DNA of 64,000 nt from Vicinamibacterales bacterium (GTDB taxonomy: Bacteria > Acidobacteriota > Vicinamibacteria > Vicinamibacterales > CAVVIG01): NCBI GenBank assembly GCA_965197865.1, contig CBDANZ010000005.1:706379-770378 (forward strand), read 5' to 3'. The translations under genes and the position numbers were made by a program. Shown in pieces: positions 38,117-49,429 of the stretch (its first letter is position 1; the number at the start of each line of letters is the position of its first letter). The notes beneath the pieces are model-generated. The model worked only from the letters and a program-made list of their open reading frames with translations, had not been told where the DNA came from and ran no database searches.

Positions 38117-39157
38117 GTGGACGGTCGCATGCGATCACATATCCGTACGATTGTCGTTGTCGCGCTGGCCCTCGCGCTGCTGGCCCTGTTCTTCAATAAT
38201 GTGGATTGGCGCGGCGTGGTGCACGAGATCCTGCATGCGCGTCCCGAGTGGCTGGTGCTGTCGCTCGCTACGATGCTGGGGACTCTAGGGATCCGTGCCT
38301 GGCGGTGGCAGTACCTCCTGGAGCCGCTTGGCAAGCCGAGTTTTGCCAATGCCTTTCGAGCGACTGCCGTCGGATTTGCGGCGCGCAGCGTGCTGCCGGC
38401 CGCTGCCGGCGAACTGGTCCGGCCCTATTTTCTGTCCCGCCATGAGCCGCTCAGCGCGACGGGCGCTTTCGCAACGATCGTGATCGAGCGCCTGCTTGAT
38501 ACCATGACCGTCCTCATCTTGCTGGCCTGGTACGTGTTTTTCTCCGAGCCCGACCTGACCAACGCGAATCTGGCGGCGCTGGCCGCGGTGAAGTGGGCGG
38601 GCGCGGCTGCGGGCGTCGTCTCGGTTTCCGCGTTAGTTGTGCTGTTTTTCGTCGCCAAGGATCCGGCCGCTCTGGCGCGCACGTTCGTCCGTTTGGAGCA
38701 GGTGGTCCCGTCCGTGTTCGCTGGTTTCATCGCGAGGATTGCCGAAAATTTTGCGAAGGGGCTCGGCGCGATTCGCCGGCCCGGACAGCTTCTGGCGACA
38801 CTTGTTTGGTCATTTCCCCTCTGGCTCTGCATTGGCCTCGGGATCTGGTCCGTGGCGAAAGCCTTCCAACTGAACGTTCCGTTCACGGGGTCGTTCCTCT
38901 TCATCGCGTTGCTCGTGATTGGCATCGCGGTGCCGACGCCGGGCGCGATCGGCGGTTTTCATGAAGCCTTTCGCGTGGGCGCAACGGTCTTCTATGGAGC
39001 GCCCAATGACGCCGCGGTCGGCGCGGCCATTGTGCTTCACGCGTTTTCCGTGGGATCGGCGCTCTGCCTCGGTCTTTTCTTTGCCGCGCAGGAAGGGCTG
39101 AACCTGGCAGGGATGCGCGACCTTGCCGATGAGGCCGAGACCGGCCGGACCGCGTAG
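38117..39157 (+). CDS. flippase-like / lysylphosphatidylglycerol-synthase TM-region family membrane protein (UPF0104)
   Basis: A polytopic membrane protein of about 8 TM segments with the RAWRWQYLL motif typical of the family. Confidence 0.6.
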   Translation: MDGRMRSHIRTIVVVALALALLALFFNNVDWRGVVHEILHARPEWLVLSLATMLGTLGIRAWRWQYLLEPLGKPSFANAFRATAVGFAARSVLPAAAGELVRPYFLSRHEPLSATGAFATIVIERLLDTMTVLILLAWYVFFSEPDLTNANLAALAAVKWAGAAAGVVSVSALVVLFFVAKDPAALARTFVRLEQVVPSVFAGFIARIAENFAKGLGAIRRPGQLLATLVWSFPLWLCIGLGIWSVAKAFQLNVPFTGSFLFIALLVIGIAVPTPGAIGGFHEAFRVGATVFYGAPNDAAVGAAIVLHAFSVGSALCLGLFFAAQEGLNLAGMRDLADEAETGRTA

Positions 39158-39169
39158 GGCCTTCGATCG

Positions 39170-39628
39170 ATGAAATGTCCATATTGCACGTATCTGGGGG
39201 ACAAAGTCGTCGACTCGCGCGAAAGCAAAGAGGGCGAGGTGATCCGTCGGCGTCGCGAGTGCCTTGGGTGCGGGAAGCGCTTCACCAGTTACGAGCGTAT
39301 CGACGAGATCCCGTACATGGTGGTGAAGAAGGACGGCACGCGCGAGTGGTTCGAGCGACAGAAGCTCATCGGTGGGCTGCTCAAGGCCTGTGAGAAGCGT
39401 CCGGTGACCGTGGCGGCGCTCGAGGCGATCGCCGATCGCGTCGAAGCCACGCTTCATGAGCGGCCGGAGAAGGAGATTGCCACCGCCGACATTGGTGGGT
39501 TCGTGATGGAGGAGCTCAAGAAGCTCGATAAGGTGGCCTACGTCCGGTTCGCGTCGGTGTACCGCCATTTCCGGGATCTTGGCGAGTTCATGAGCGAGCT
39601 CAAAGATCTCTTGAACGTGAAAGAATGA
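39170..39628 (+). CDS. nrdR: transcriptional repressor NrdR
   Basis: MKCPYCTYLGDKVVDSRESKEGEVIRRRRECLGCGKRFTSYE zinc ribbon plus an ATP-cone. Confidence 0.95.
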   Translation: MKCPYCTYLGDKVVDSRESKEGEVIRRRRECLGCGKRFTSYERIDEIPYMVVKKDGTREWFERQKLIGGLLKACEKRPVTVAALEAIADRVEATLHERPEKEIATADIGGFVMEELKKLDKVAYVRFASVYRHFRDLGEFMSELKDLLNVKE

Positions 39629-40191
39629 TGCCGACCCGCTGGTGTTCCTTGTGTGTTCGTGTCCTGGTGACTGCAGTGATGCTCGCGCCTGCCGGCGGCC
39701 TCCTCCGCGCGGCAGAGCCCGACCTGACCGTGACGCCAATTCAGCGCGACGGGCAGGTGCTCGTATCTTTCGAGCTGACTGACGCCTTCTCGCCCGACGT
39801 GCGCGACGCGATTCAGAGCGGGCTGCCGACGACGTTTTCGTATGAGATCGACATGCGGCGCGGCGCGGCGATCTGGTTCGATCGGACCATTGCCTCGGTG
39901 ACCATCGCTGCGAGCGTTCGCTTCGACAATCTCACCCGCCGGTATCAGATGTCGCGAGCCTTTGACGGCGGCGTCGAGGACGCGCGTCCGACTGAAGACG
40001 AGGACGCGGTTCGCCGCTGGATGACGCGGTTCGAGCAGATTCCCGTCTCCGCCACCTCGGCGCTCGAGACCAATGCCGAATACTACGTCCGCGTTCGCGC
40101 CAGCGCTCGGCCGCGCAACTCCTTCTGGTTTTTCCTGCCGTGGGACCGTGGGTCGATCCTCGGCGTTGCGAAGTTTACGTTTATTCCGTAG
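39625..40191 (+). CDS. DUF4390-like periplasmic protein
   Basis: Signal peptide, then the FELTDAFSPDVRDAIQSGLPTTFSYEIDMRR pattern. Its position directly upstream of an NtrY-type kinase is typical for DUF4390. Confidence 0.55.
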   Translation: MMPTRWCSLCVRVLVTAVMLAPAGGLLRAAEPDLTVTPIQRDGQVLVSFELTDAFSPDVRDAIQSGLPTTFSYEIDMRRGAAIWFDRTIASVTIAASVRFDNLTRRYQMSRAFDGGVEDARPTEDEDAVRRWMTRFEQIPVSATSALETNAEYYVRVRASARPRNSFWFFLPWDRGSILGVAKFTFIP

Positions 40192-40229
40192 AAGTGCCCG
40201 CGACTGTGACATCCATCGCGCCGAGACGC

Positions 40230-42488
40230 ATGAGCGGGCCCGCTCCCCCCGCGCGGCCTCGCAGGGGACCTCCATTCCGTGACAACCCGCGCCTGATTCT
40301 GGCGGGCATCGCCATTCTGCTCGCACTGCTGGCTGCGCTGGTGGCCCTCGCCAGCAACACACACAGGTTTACCCCGGACTTCCTCACCGAGTTCGTCCTC
40401 TACGCGCTGTCAACCGCGAACCTGACGGTGCTCGTGGTGCTCGTGTTTGTGCTCGCGTGCAACATCGCCAAGCTCGTGATGGAGCGGCGGCGCGGCCTGC
40501 CGTTCGCCCGGTTCCGGGCGAACGGCAGGCCCTGTTGCTCGGCATGGCGCTCGTGCCGACGATCATCGTGCTGCTGGTGGGTAGCGAGCTGATTCGCACG
40601 AACATCGACCGATGGTTCAACGCGCAGATGGGGGACATTCTCGCGTCGGCGAACCGAATTGCCGGCGACTACTACTACGAGCGTCAGCTGCTCGTGAGCG
40701 AAAACGCGACGCGAATTGCCAGCAGGCTGGCGGCCGTGGATCTGACGAGCACCGACGTGGGGCCGATCCGCGATCTGCTGTCGCCCGATGTTGCGATGCA
40801 GCGTGTCCAGATGGTCGCGGTGTACTGCGTCGGGCCGGCGATTGGGGCGTTGCCGGGTCTGGAACCGGTGCTCGACGTCGCGGCGCCCGCGCTGCCGCCT
40901 GGCAGCTCAAGCCCTCGGCGGATCAGCCGAGACGCGGTCGATTGAAACGCTCGGTCCTGCCGGCGATTTGCTGCACGCGGCGGCGGTGATCCGTGGCCCA
41001 GACGGCCGGCCGAAAGGCGTCGCGGTGGCGACCGATCATCTCACCGGCGAAATGGCGGATCGCGCCCGCCGCATGACCCAGGCGTTCGAAAGCTACAACC
41101 AGCTGCGCGTCCTGCGGCGGCCGATGACGGGCGTGTATCTGTCGATCTTCTTGATGGTCACACTGCTGATTCTGCTTGGCGCCGTTTGGATGGGATCCTA
41201 TTTAGCGAAACGCATTACACGCCCGGTGCTGCTGCTAGCCGCCGCCGCGCGCGAAATCGGCGCCGGACGCCTCGACCAGCGCATCGATCCGCAGAGCAAC
41301 GACGAGTTCGGAGCGCTCACCGAAGCGTTCAACACGATGGCCGGCGAACTGGCCGCGAGCAGGCGCAAGGTCGACCGGTCTACCATCGAGCTCAAGCGAA
41401 AACACGTCGAGGTCGAGGGGCGCCGGCGCTACATCGAGACGATTCTCGAGCGCATCACGACCGGGGTGGTGTCGGTCGATAGCAGTGGAGCGGTCACCAT
41501 GATCAACGGGACCGCCGCGCGCCTCCTCGGCTTGGAGCGAACGGCGGTCGGACAGCCGGCAGCCTCGGTGTTCGATCGCGCAGATCTTTAGCCGTTCGGG
41601 GCGCTCGTCGCGGGCGCCCTTCGACCGGCTCAGGGCGTGGCGAGCTCGTCGAGCCACGTCGGAAGCGCGAAGACGGCTCCGGCGGCGCAGGAGATTGCCA
41701 TGCCGCGTATCAACCAGGAGCTGCACCTGGCCGCCGTGGCCACGCCGCTCGTGGGCGACAGCGGCATGCCGGATGGCATGGTGCTCGTACTCGACGACGT
41801 GACGCCGCTGATTCGGACGCAGAAGGTCGCCGCGTGGCGCGAGGTGGCGTGTCGACTGGCGCACGAGATCAAGAACCCACTGACGCCGATTCAATTGTCT
41901 GCCGAGCGCCTGCGCCGGCACTTCGCGGGCGCGCTTTCCGGTGCCCGTGCGCTGGTGGACGAGTGTACCGAGACCATCGTCGGCGAAGTCGAATCGCTCA
42001 AGGGACTTGTCGACGAGTTCTCGCAATTTGCGCGCATGCCGTCGCCCCGTGCGACACCGACCGATTTGCAGCAGCTCGTTGGGGATACGCTGGCACTCTA
42101 TAACGGCATTTTCGCGGACGTGCGTATCGAGCGGCGGTTTGCGGCCGGTGTGCCGCTCGTGCGGCTCGATGCGGAACAGATTCGCCGCGTGATCATCAAT
42201 CTGGTGGACAATGCCATCGAAGCCACGGAACGCGGCGGCCAAATTGTCGTCGAGACGCAACATGACGCCGTAAACAACATCGTCCGCCTGGTTGTAGCTG
42301 ACGATGGTCCGGGGATACCGTCGGCCGAACGCGAGAAGCTGTTTCTGCCGTACTATTCGACCAAGCGCCGCGGGAGCGGCCTCGGCCTCGCGATTGTGCG
42401 CCGGATTATCGCCGAGCATGGCGGCAACGTCGAGGTGGGCGACAACACGCCGCGCGGCACGCGGTTTGCGATCGAACTGCCATGCTGA
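40230..42488 (+). pseudogene. ntrY: NtrY-like sensor histidine kinase (TM-HAMP-PAS-HisKA-HATPase) with two frameshifts and one in-frame TAG
   Basis: Four consecutive ORF pieces. Shift 1 is at GGG 40516-40518 (FARFR|ERQALLLGMALVP). Shift 2 is near 40895-40905. An amber codon at 41589-41591 (FDRADL*PFGALV) is in frame with the HisKA/HATPase piece (LAHEIKNPLTPI ... DDGPGIP ... GSGLGLAIV). Confidence 0.75.
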
Positions 42489-42492
42489 GTCG

Positions 42493-43884
<1,392 letters not shown>

Positions 43885-43887
43885 AAA

Positions 43888-44784
43888 TTATTCCATTTTG
43901 AGTTTTTCTTCGAGAATCTGATCGGCTGAAAAACCTTTGAGTTCCAGGTAGTAGGCCGCGGCTTTTGTGAGTGCCGCGGAGGCGACCAGGCCGACGATCT
44001 GGCTTTCGAGCACGGTCACACCCAACCGGTCCGCCTCGCGCTTGACGACCTCGAACACGCGGAAGATCGGCGTCTTCTCGTAGTTCGTCAGGTTGATCGA
44101 CACTTGCACGATCCCGCGATCCTCGAGCTTGATGCCCATTGCCTTCACAAAAGGGAAGCCACCGGAACTTTGTCGGATCGTCGCCGCGATCTGTTTCGCC
44201 ACGTCAAGGCGATCGGTCGCCAGGTTGATGTTGTAGGCGATGAGCGGCATGCGCGCGCCGATGACTGACGCGCCCGCGCTCGGATGGGGAGCCGGCGGAC
44301 CGAAGTCGGGCGCCCAGCCCGCACCGGCCATCTTGGCCGACAGACCCTCGAATTCGCCTCGGCGAATGTCCTCGAGGTTCTTACGCGCCGGGTTGGACGA
44401 GGCCTCCTCGTACAAATAGATCGGGATTCGGAAACGCTCGGCCACGGCGGCTGCGACCTTTCTTGCCAGGGCAACGCAGTCGTGCATCGCGACGCCTTGG
44501 ATGGGCACAAACGGCACCACGTCGACGGCGCCCAGACGCGGGTGCTCTCCGCGATGAGTGCGCAGATCGATGTCGGTGATTGCCCGGTCGAAGAGCGCGA
44601 GGCACGCGTGCTCGAGCGACGGGGCGTCGCCCACGAAGGTGAACACCGATCGGTGGTGCGACGGGTCGGAGGAATAGTCCAGGAGCGTCACGCCCTCGAC
44701 TCGGCGGATCGCGCTGGCCATCGCGTCCACGACGTCGCGCCGGCGGCCTTCGCTCACGTTCGGAACGCACTCAATGACAGCCAT
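43888..44784 (-). CDS. ftcD: glutamate formimidoyltransferase
   Basis: MAVIECVPNVSEGRR N-terminal signature, about 298 aa, transferase domain only. Confidence 0.85.
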   Translation of the reverse strand: MAVIECVPNVSEGRRRDVVDAMASAIRRVEGVTLLDYSSDPSHHRSVFTFVGDAPSLEHACLALFDRAITDIDLRTHRGEHPRLGAVDVVPFVPIQGVAMHDCVALARKVAAAVAERFRIPIYLYEEASSNPARKNLEDIRRGEFEGLSAKMAGAGWAPDFGPPAPHPSAGASVIGARMPLIAYNINLATDRLDVAKQIAATIRQSSGGFPFVKAMGIKLEDRGIVQVSINLTNYEKTPIFRVFEVVKREADRLGVTVLESQIVGLVASAALTKAAAYYLELKGFSADQILEEKLKME

Positions 44785-44862
44785 GAAACTGCAGCTTGCA
44801 AGCAGATTGCAAATTGAATTCCCGATAGATTGTAGATTGACCAGAGCGATCTGCACTCTGAA

Positions 44863-44871
44863 TGTTATAAT
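44863..44871 (+). promoter_or_regulatory. extended -10 promoter candidate (TGtTATAAT)
   Basis: TGTTATAAT lies 25 nt upstream of the ATG at 44897, in an AT-rich divergent spacer. Confidence 0.4.
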
Positions 44872-44896
44872 TGACCTGTCTCCAACCACTTAGCAC

Positions 44897-45748
44897 ATGT
44901 CTGATTGGCCTCGATCCGACGCTTCGAGCGCGCCTGACGGCACGGCGGGCTCGGATCGGGACGCGAAGATCGAGCAACTCCTGCTCGTCGGCCTGGATCA
45001 CTACTTTGCAGAGCAGTAAGAGCAGGCGGTCAACGTCTGGACCCGGGTATTGTTTCTCGATCGTAGTCACACACGCGCGCGCGCGTACATTGAGCGCGCG
45101 CGCAGCGCCCTGGCCGAGCGCCAGCGCCAGTCCGAGGAGCTGTTGCAGAACGGCCTGGCGGCCTTCCAGCGCGGCGAGGGCGAGGAGGCGCGTCGGTTGC
45201 TCGAGGTGGCGATGCTCAAGGGCGCGCCGTCCGACGAGGCGCTGGCCGTGTTAGATCGACTCAACCGACTCGAACAGGGCACCCCCGTTCGGCCGAGGCC
45301 GAGCGCGCCGAGGGAGCGCCATTCGCCGACCTTGTCTCAGGCGCCCGGCCGCGCGGCCGGTTCGGGCGTCGGACTCGCGGGATGGATCGCGCTGGTTCTC
45401 GTGATCGGTGCCGCCGCGTCGGTCGGGATCATCTCAAGCGGCGCCCAGTGGCGATCGGTGCTTCCGCTGCAGGCGGTTCCGCCGCCATCGCTTTCCTTGC
45501 CGACAGCGGCGGATTCGGGACCGCCGATTCCGCTTCGCGGCGAAACGGTCCTTGCTCGCGCGCGGGCGCTGGCTGCGGGCGGGAGGCTGCGTGATGCGCT
45601 CGCGGCGCTGGATCTCGTTCGTCCGACGGACGCGCAGCGCCCCGACGCCGATCGCCTGCGTGCTGACATCCAACGGCAGCTCATTGGCCTGCTGGACGCT
45701 TCCGCGCGATCGGTCGACTGGGAGAACAGCGACAGACCACTCCCATGA
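44897..45748 (+). pseudogene. conserved hypothetical (TPR-like N-terminus, TM, Pro/Ala-rich) with an in-frame TAA at codon 41
   Basis: MSDWPRSD...KIEQLLLVGLDHYFAEQ*EQAVNVWTRVLFLDRSHTRARAYIERAR. The TAA is at 45017-45019. The ORF track only reports the downstream part, from the TTG at 45050. Confidence 0.5.
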
Positions 45749-46686
45749 AATGTCCCAAGTGCGGATACCTCGGCTTCGAACACGTCGACCGCTGCCGCAA
45801 TTGTGGAGATGACTACTCGCTGGCGCCCGCGCCCGCGCTGAATCTACCCGAGCTCCCGATGCGCGACGGTGACGCGAACGTCTCTAGTCCGTCCGACGAC
45901 CTGACGCTCATCCATGCCGCTGCGCCGGTCCCCCGACCGCCCTGGGAGGTCACGCCGGACCTGGCGCGTGTCTTCGCCCCTTCGCCCACCTCGAGGCAAG
46001 GCTCGCTGCAGGCGCCGTCGACCGAGCTCCCGCTCTTCGGGGCTCTACCGAGCGACGAGTTGCCGCTCATCACGAAACCGTCGCCTCCGCGCGCGCCCCT
46101 TGCCGTGAGACGCGCAACGCCGGAGGTGCCGCGAGTTCGGCCCGAGCCTCTACGCGCGCAACTGCTGGATCTATCAGGACCGACGGCCCAGACGTCCGAC
46201 GCGGGGGTCACCCCGTCGGTGCGCTCGGGTGTCAATGAGTGGCCATCCGGCGCGGACGCCGACGCCGCGGTCGTGCCCGCAAGTGTCGGCGCGCGTCTTG
46301 GGGCCCTCGCAATCGACCTTGCGATCCTCGTCGCCATCAGTGCGATGGTGGTGTATTTCACCATGGAGATCTGCGGGCTCACCGTAAGAGATCTCCACAT
46401 CCTCCCCCGGGGGCCGCTGGTCGCTTTCCTGCTTCTGCAGAACGGCGGCTACCTCGTGGCCTTCACCGTTGGCGGCCAGACGCTGGGCAAGATGGCGGCC
46501 GGCATCAAGATCGTGCCGGTCCAGGGCAATGGGTCGCTCGGTGTCGGCCACTCGCTGCTCCGAACGTTCGTATGGGTGCTGCTCGCCGCGCCCGCCGCGC
46601 TCGGATTCGTCACGGCGCTCTTCAACCGCGATCGGCGGGGTCTGCACGATTACTGTGCTGGCTCGCGGGTGGTTCGAACGGTCTAG
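45745..46686 (+). CDS. RDD-family membrane protein with an N-terminal zinc ribbon
   Basis: MKCPKCGYLGFEHVDRCRNCG, a Pro-rich linker, and an RDD domain (ARLGALAIDLAIL ... RDRRGLHDYCAGSRVV). Confidence 0.7.
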   Translation: MKCPKCGYLGFEHVDRCRNCGDDYSLAPAPALNLPELPMRDGDANVSSPSDDLTLIHAAAPVPRPPWEVTPDLARVFAPSPTSRQGSLQAPSTELPLFGALPSDELPLITKPSPPRAPLAVRRATPEVPRVRPEPLRAQLLDLSGPTAQTSDAGVTPSVRSGVNEWPSGADADAAVVPASVGARLGALAIDLAILVAISAMVVYFTMEICGLTVRDLHILPRGPLVAFLLLQNGGYLVAFTVGGQTLGKMAAGIKIVPVQGNGSLGVGHSLLRTFVWVLLAAPAALGFVTALFNRDRRGLHDYCAGSRVVRTV

Positions 46687-46719
46687 AGAACAGAAAGAAA
46701 CGCCCGCGGCGAGTCGGCG

Positions 46720-47202
46720 ATGGAACCAGCTAAGAAATCTTTCCGATCCTTTCTTGCGCTTTCGCTCGCCACCGTTCTTGGCGTTGGCTACATTCCGTTC
46801 GCGCCTGGAACTGTTGGATCTGCCGTCGGCCTGTTGCTGTGGGCCGGGCTGCCGCCCTCGCCCGTGGCGCAAGTCGCGACCATCCTGGTGCTGTTTGTCG
46901 TCGGTGCGTGGAGCGGCAGTGCGGCTGAGCGGCACTTTCGCGCGGTCGATCCCGGCCCAGTCGTCATCGACGAGGTCATGGGGATGCTCATCACCCTCTT
47001 GATGAACCCGGTCGAGTGGGGCGGCGCCCTGGCTGCCTTTCTCCTGTTCCGCGCGTTCGACATCGTGAAACCATATCCCGCTGACCGGTTCGAGCGGCTC
47101 TCCGGCGGCGTCGGCGTCATGGCCGATGACGGCGTGGCCGCGCTGTACGCGAACCTCACGCTGCGTGCGGCCTTGGCGTTTGGAAATTGGATCACCTGGT
47201 GA
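46720..47202 (+). CDS. pgpA: phosphatidylglycerophosphatase A
   Basis: GYIPFAPGTVGS, DEVMGM, FRAFDIVKPYP, GVMADD. Confidence 0.85.
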   Translation: MEPAKKSFRSFLALSLATVLGVGYIPFAPGTVGSAVGLLLWAGLPPSPVAQVATILVLFVVGAWSGSAAERHFRAVDPGPVVIDEVMGMLITLLMNPVEWGGALAAFLLFRAFDIVKPYPADRFERLSGGVGVMADDGVAALYANLTLRAALAFGNWITW

Positions 47203-47230
47203 TTACCTGATTATCCGATCACCAGATGTC

Positions 47231-48484
47231 ATGAAGGCCTGCATCATTGCCGTAGGAAGCGAGATGTTGACGCCGTTTCACGTCGACACGAACTCGCTCG
47301 CCATCACTGAATGTCTGAACGCCATCGGCTGCGACATCCGTCTGAAAACGGTCGTCGGGGACGACGTCGAGGAGCTCGCGCGCCAACTTTCGGCCACCAT
47401 CGGCAGAGTCGACCTGGTCGTGTGCACTGGCGGTCTCGGTCCGACCGATGACGACATCACGCGTGAGGCAATCGCCCATGTTTTTCAGGTGCCTCTCGAG
47501 GTGGATGAGACGATAGTGGAGGCCGTCCGCGCGCGCTTTACCGAGCGAGGCCTGGCCATGCCCGAAATCAACCGTCGGCAGGCGATGGTGCCGCGCGGTG
47601 CGGTGGTGGTCGAGAACACCAATGGAACGGCGCCCGGACTGTGGCTCGAGCGCGAGGGCACGAGCATCGTGGTTCTTCCAGGTCCTCCTCGAGAGATGAT
47701 GCCGATGCTTGACGCCGTAATTCGCGAACGGCTGAGGCCGAGGGCGAAAGGTGCCGGGCTGTTTCGACGTGTGCTCAAGATCACTGGACCCACGGAATCC
47801 GATGTCGACGCATGCGCGCAGCCGATTTATTCGCGCTGGCTAGGGCAGCCTGTGCCGATCAGCACAACCATCCTGGCGGTGTCCGGTCAGATCGAGCTGC
47901 ACCTGACCGCGTCAGCGTCGAGCCGCGCGGACGCCGACCGAGCACTCGAGACGGCGGCCGCTGAGCTGCAGGCGGTGCTGGGATCGGCCGTGTACAGCAC
48001 TGATGGGCCGCCGCTGGAAGCGGTCGTCGGCGATCTGCTGCGGGCGGCCGGCTGGACGGTGGCTGTCGCCGAGTCGTGCACGGGCGGGCTCTTGACGTCG
48101 CGCCTGACCGACGTGCCCGGCAGCTCGGAGTACGTCGAACGCGGCGTGGTCTGTTACAGCAATCACGCCAAGGTGGGACTGGTCGGCGTGTCCGAGTCGC
48201 TCATCGCACAGCATGGCGCGGTGAGCGAACCGGTGGCGCGAGCGATGGCCGAGGGCGTCCGCGCGCGCGCCGGCACGAGTGTGGGTATCAGCGTGACGGG
48301 TATCGCCGGCCCGGGCGGCGGCACGCCCGAAAAACCGGTCGGCACGGTCGCCATCGCCGTCGCAACGGATGCCGAGGTTCACGTGCGAACGCTGAAGTGC
48401 CTCGGCGGACGCGAGATGGTGAAGTTCCAGGCCACTCAGGCGGCGATGAACATGCTGCGGCTGATGCTACCAAAGAGGAATTAA
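47231..48484 (+). CDS. cinA: CinA-family protein (MoCF-binding domain + nicotinamide-nucleotide amidohydrolase PncC)
   Basis: MKACIIAVGSEMLTPFHVDTN... and C-terminal AESCTGGLLTSRLTDVPGSSEY ... ISVTGIAGPGGG. Confidence 0.9.
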   Translation: MKACIIAVGSEMLTPFHVDTNSLAITECLNAIGCDIRLKTVVGDDVEELARQLSATIGRVDLVVCTGGLGPTDDDITREAIAHVFQVPLEVDETIVEAVRARFTERGLAMPEINRRQAMVPRGAVVVENTNGTAPGLWLEREGTSIVVLPGPPREMMPMLDAVIRERLRPRAKGAGLFRRVLKITGPTESDVDACAQPIYSRWLGQPVPISTTILAVSGQIELHLTASASSRADADRALETAAAELQAVLGSAVYSTDGPPLEAVVGDLLRAAGWTVAVAESCTGGLLTSRLTDVPGSSEYVERGVVCYSNHAKVGLVGVSESLIAQHGAVSEPVARAMAEGVRARAGTSVGISVTGIAGPGGGTPEKPVGTVAIAVATDAEVHVRTLKCLGGREMVKFQATQAAMNMLRLMLPKRN

Positions 48485-48526
48485 TCTCTTGCACGATCGC
48501 TCGGACCGCCGGCAACGGCAGCCCGG

Positions 48527-48546
48527 CTGCGCCGCGGCGCAGTTTT
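48527..48546 (+). terminator. candidate intrinsic terminator after cinA
   Basis: CTGCGCC GC GGCGCAG stem (6 bp with a 4-nt loop), followed by TTTT. Confidence 0.45.
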
Positions 48547-48660
48547 CTCCGGCGCGAGCCCCGCATTTGTCCCTGCGCCCAGCGCGGCCAAGGACCCGAA
48601 CGCGGTCTCGAGGACGCTTCACGGCAAGCGGGGTGCCCCATGAAACTGCTATATAGTTCC

Positions 48661-49383
48661 CTAACTTCGCAATTCCTCAGTGCTCTGGCTCGCCTCGAGG
48701 AAGCCTTCGAACAGCGGCCGGAACTCGCCCGTGCGCCAGAAGTTCTCGGGGTGCCACTGGACGCCGAGGCAGAAGCGCGCCGCTGGATCCTCGATGGCTT
48801 CGACGACGCCGTCGGGCGCGGTCGCCGACACCCTGAAACCCGGCGCGGCCTGCTTGACGGCCTGATGGTGACGGCTGTTGGTCTCGCACGAGTCGGCATC
48901 GCTCAGACGCTCGCGCATCAGGCGCGCGAGCAGCGTGTCCTTGTCGAGCCAGACCTCGTGCGCCAGATCGAACGGTTTGTGCGGAGGCACCGAGAGGCGG
49001 TGTTCGAGCGCGCCCAGCACCTGCGTGGGAATGTCCTGCACGAGCGTGCCGCCGGCGGCGACGTTCAGCACCTGCATGCCTCGGCAGATCGCGAGAATCG
49101 GCAGATTACGGCGGCGTGCTTCAGCAACGAGCGCGATCTCGAACCGATCGCGGTCGGGAGCGACGTCCACGACGGTCGGATGCGGGGGCTCGCCGTACTG
49201 CGCCGGGGCGAGATCCTTGCCACCGGTGAGCAGCAGGCCGTCGATGGCCCCGACGACATCCGACACGGCTATCGAGGCGTCTAGCACGCGGACCTGGCCG
49301 CCTACGTGAAGGATAGACTGCCGGTAGTCTTCGATCTTCCGGCACGCCGTGATTCCGATCAGAGCCGTCTTCATTCGAGTCAC
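48661..49383 (-). CDS. gamma-glutamyl-GABA hydrolase-like class-I glutamine amidotransferase (peptidase C26)
   Basis: LAICRGMQVLNVAAGGTLVQDI, HHQAV, VQWHPE. Confidence 0.8.
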   Translation of the reverse strand: MTRMKTALIGITACRKIEDYRQSILHVGGQVRVLDASIAVSDVVGAIDGLLLTGGKDLAPAQYGEPPHPTVVDVAPDRDRFEIALVAEARRRNLPILAICRGMQVLNVAAGGTLVQDIPTQVLGALEHRLSVPPHKPFDLAHEVWLDKDTLLARLMRERLSDADSCETNSRHHQAVKQAAPGFRVSATAPDGVVEAIEDPAARFCLGVQWHPENFWRTGEFRPLFEGFLEASQSTEELRS

Positions 49384-49429
49384 TATTCAGTCGTTTCACC
49401 ACGAAGGACATAGGGGGAAGGGCATCCTG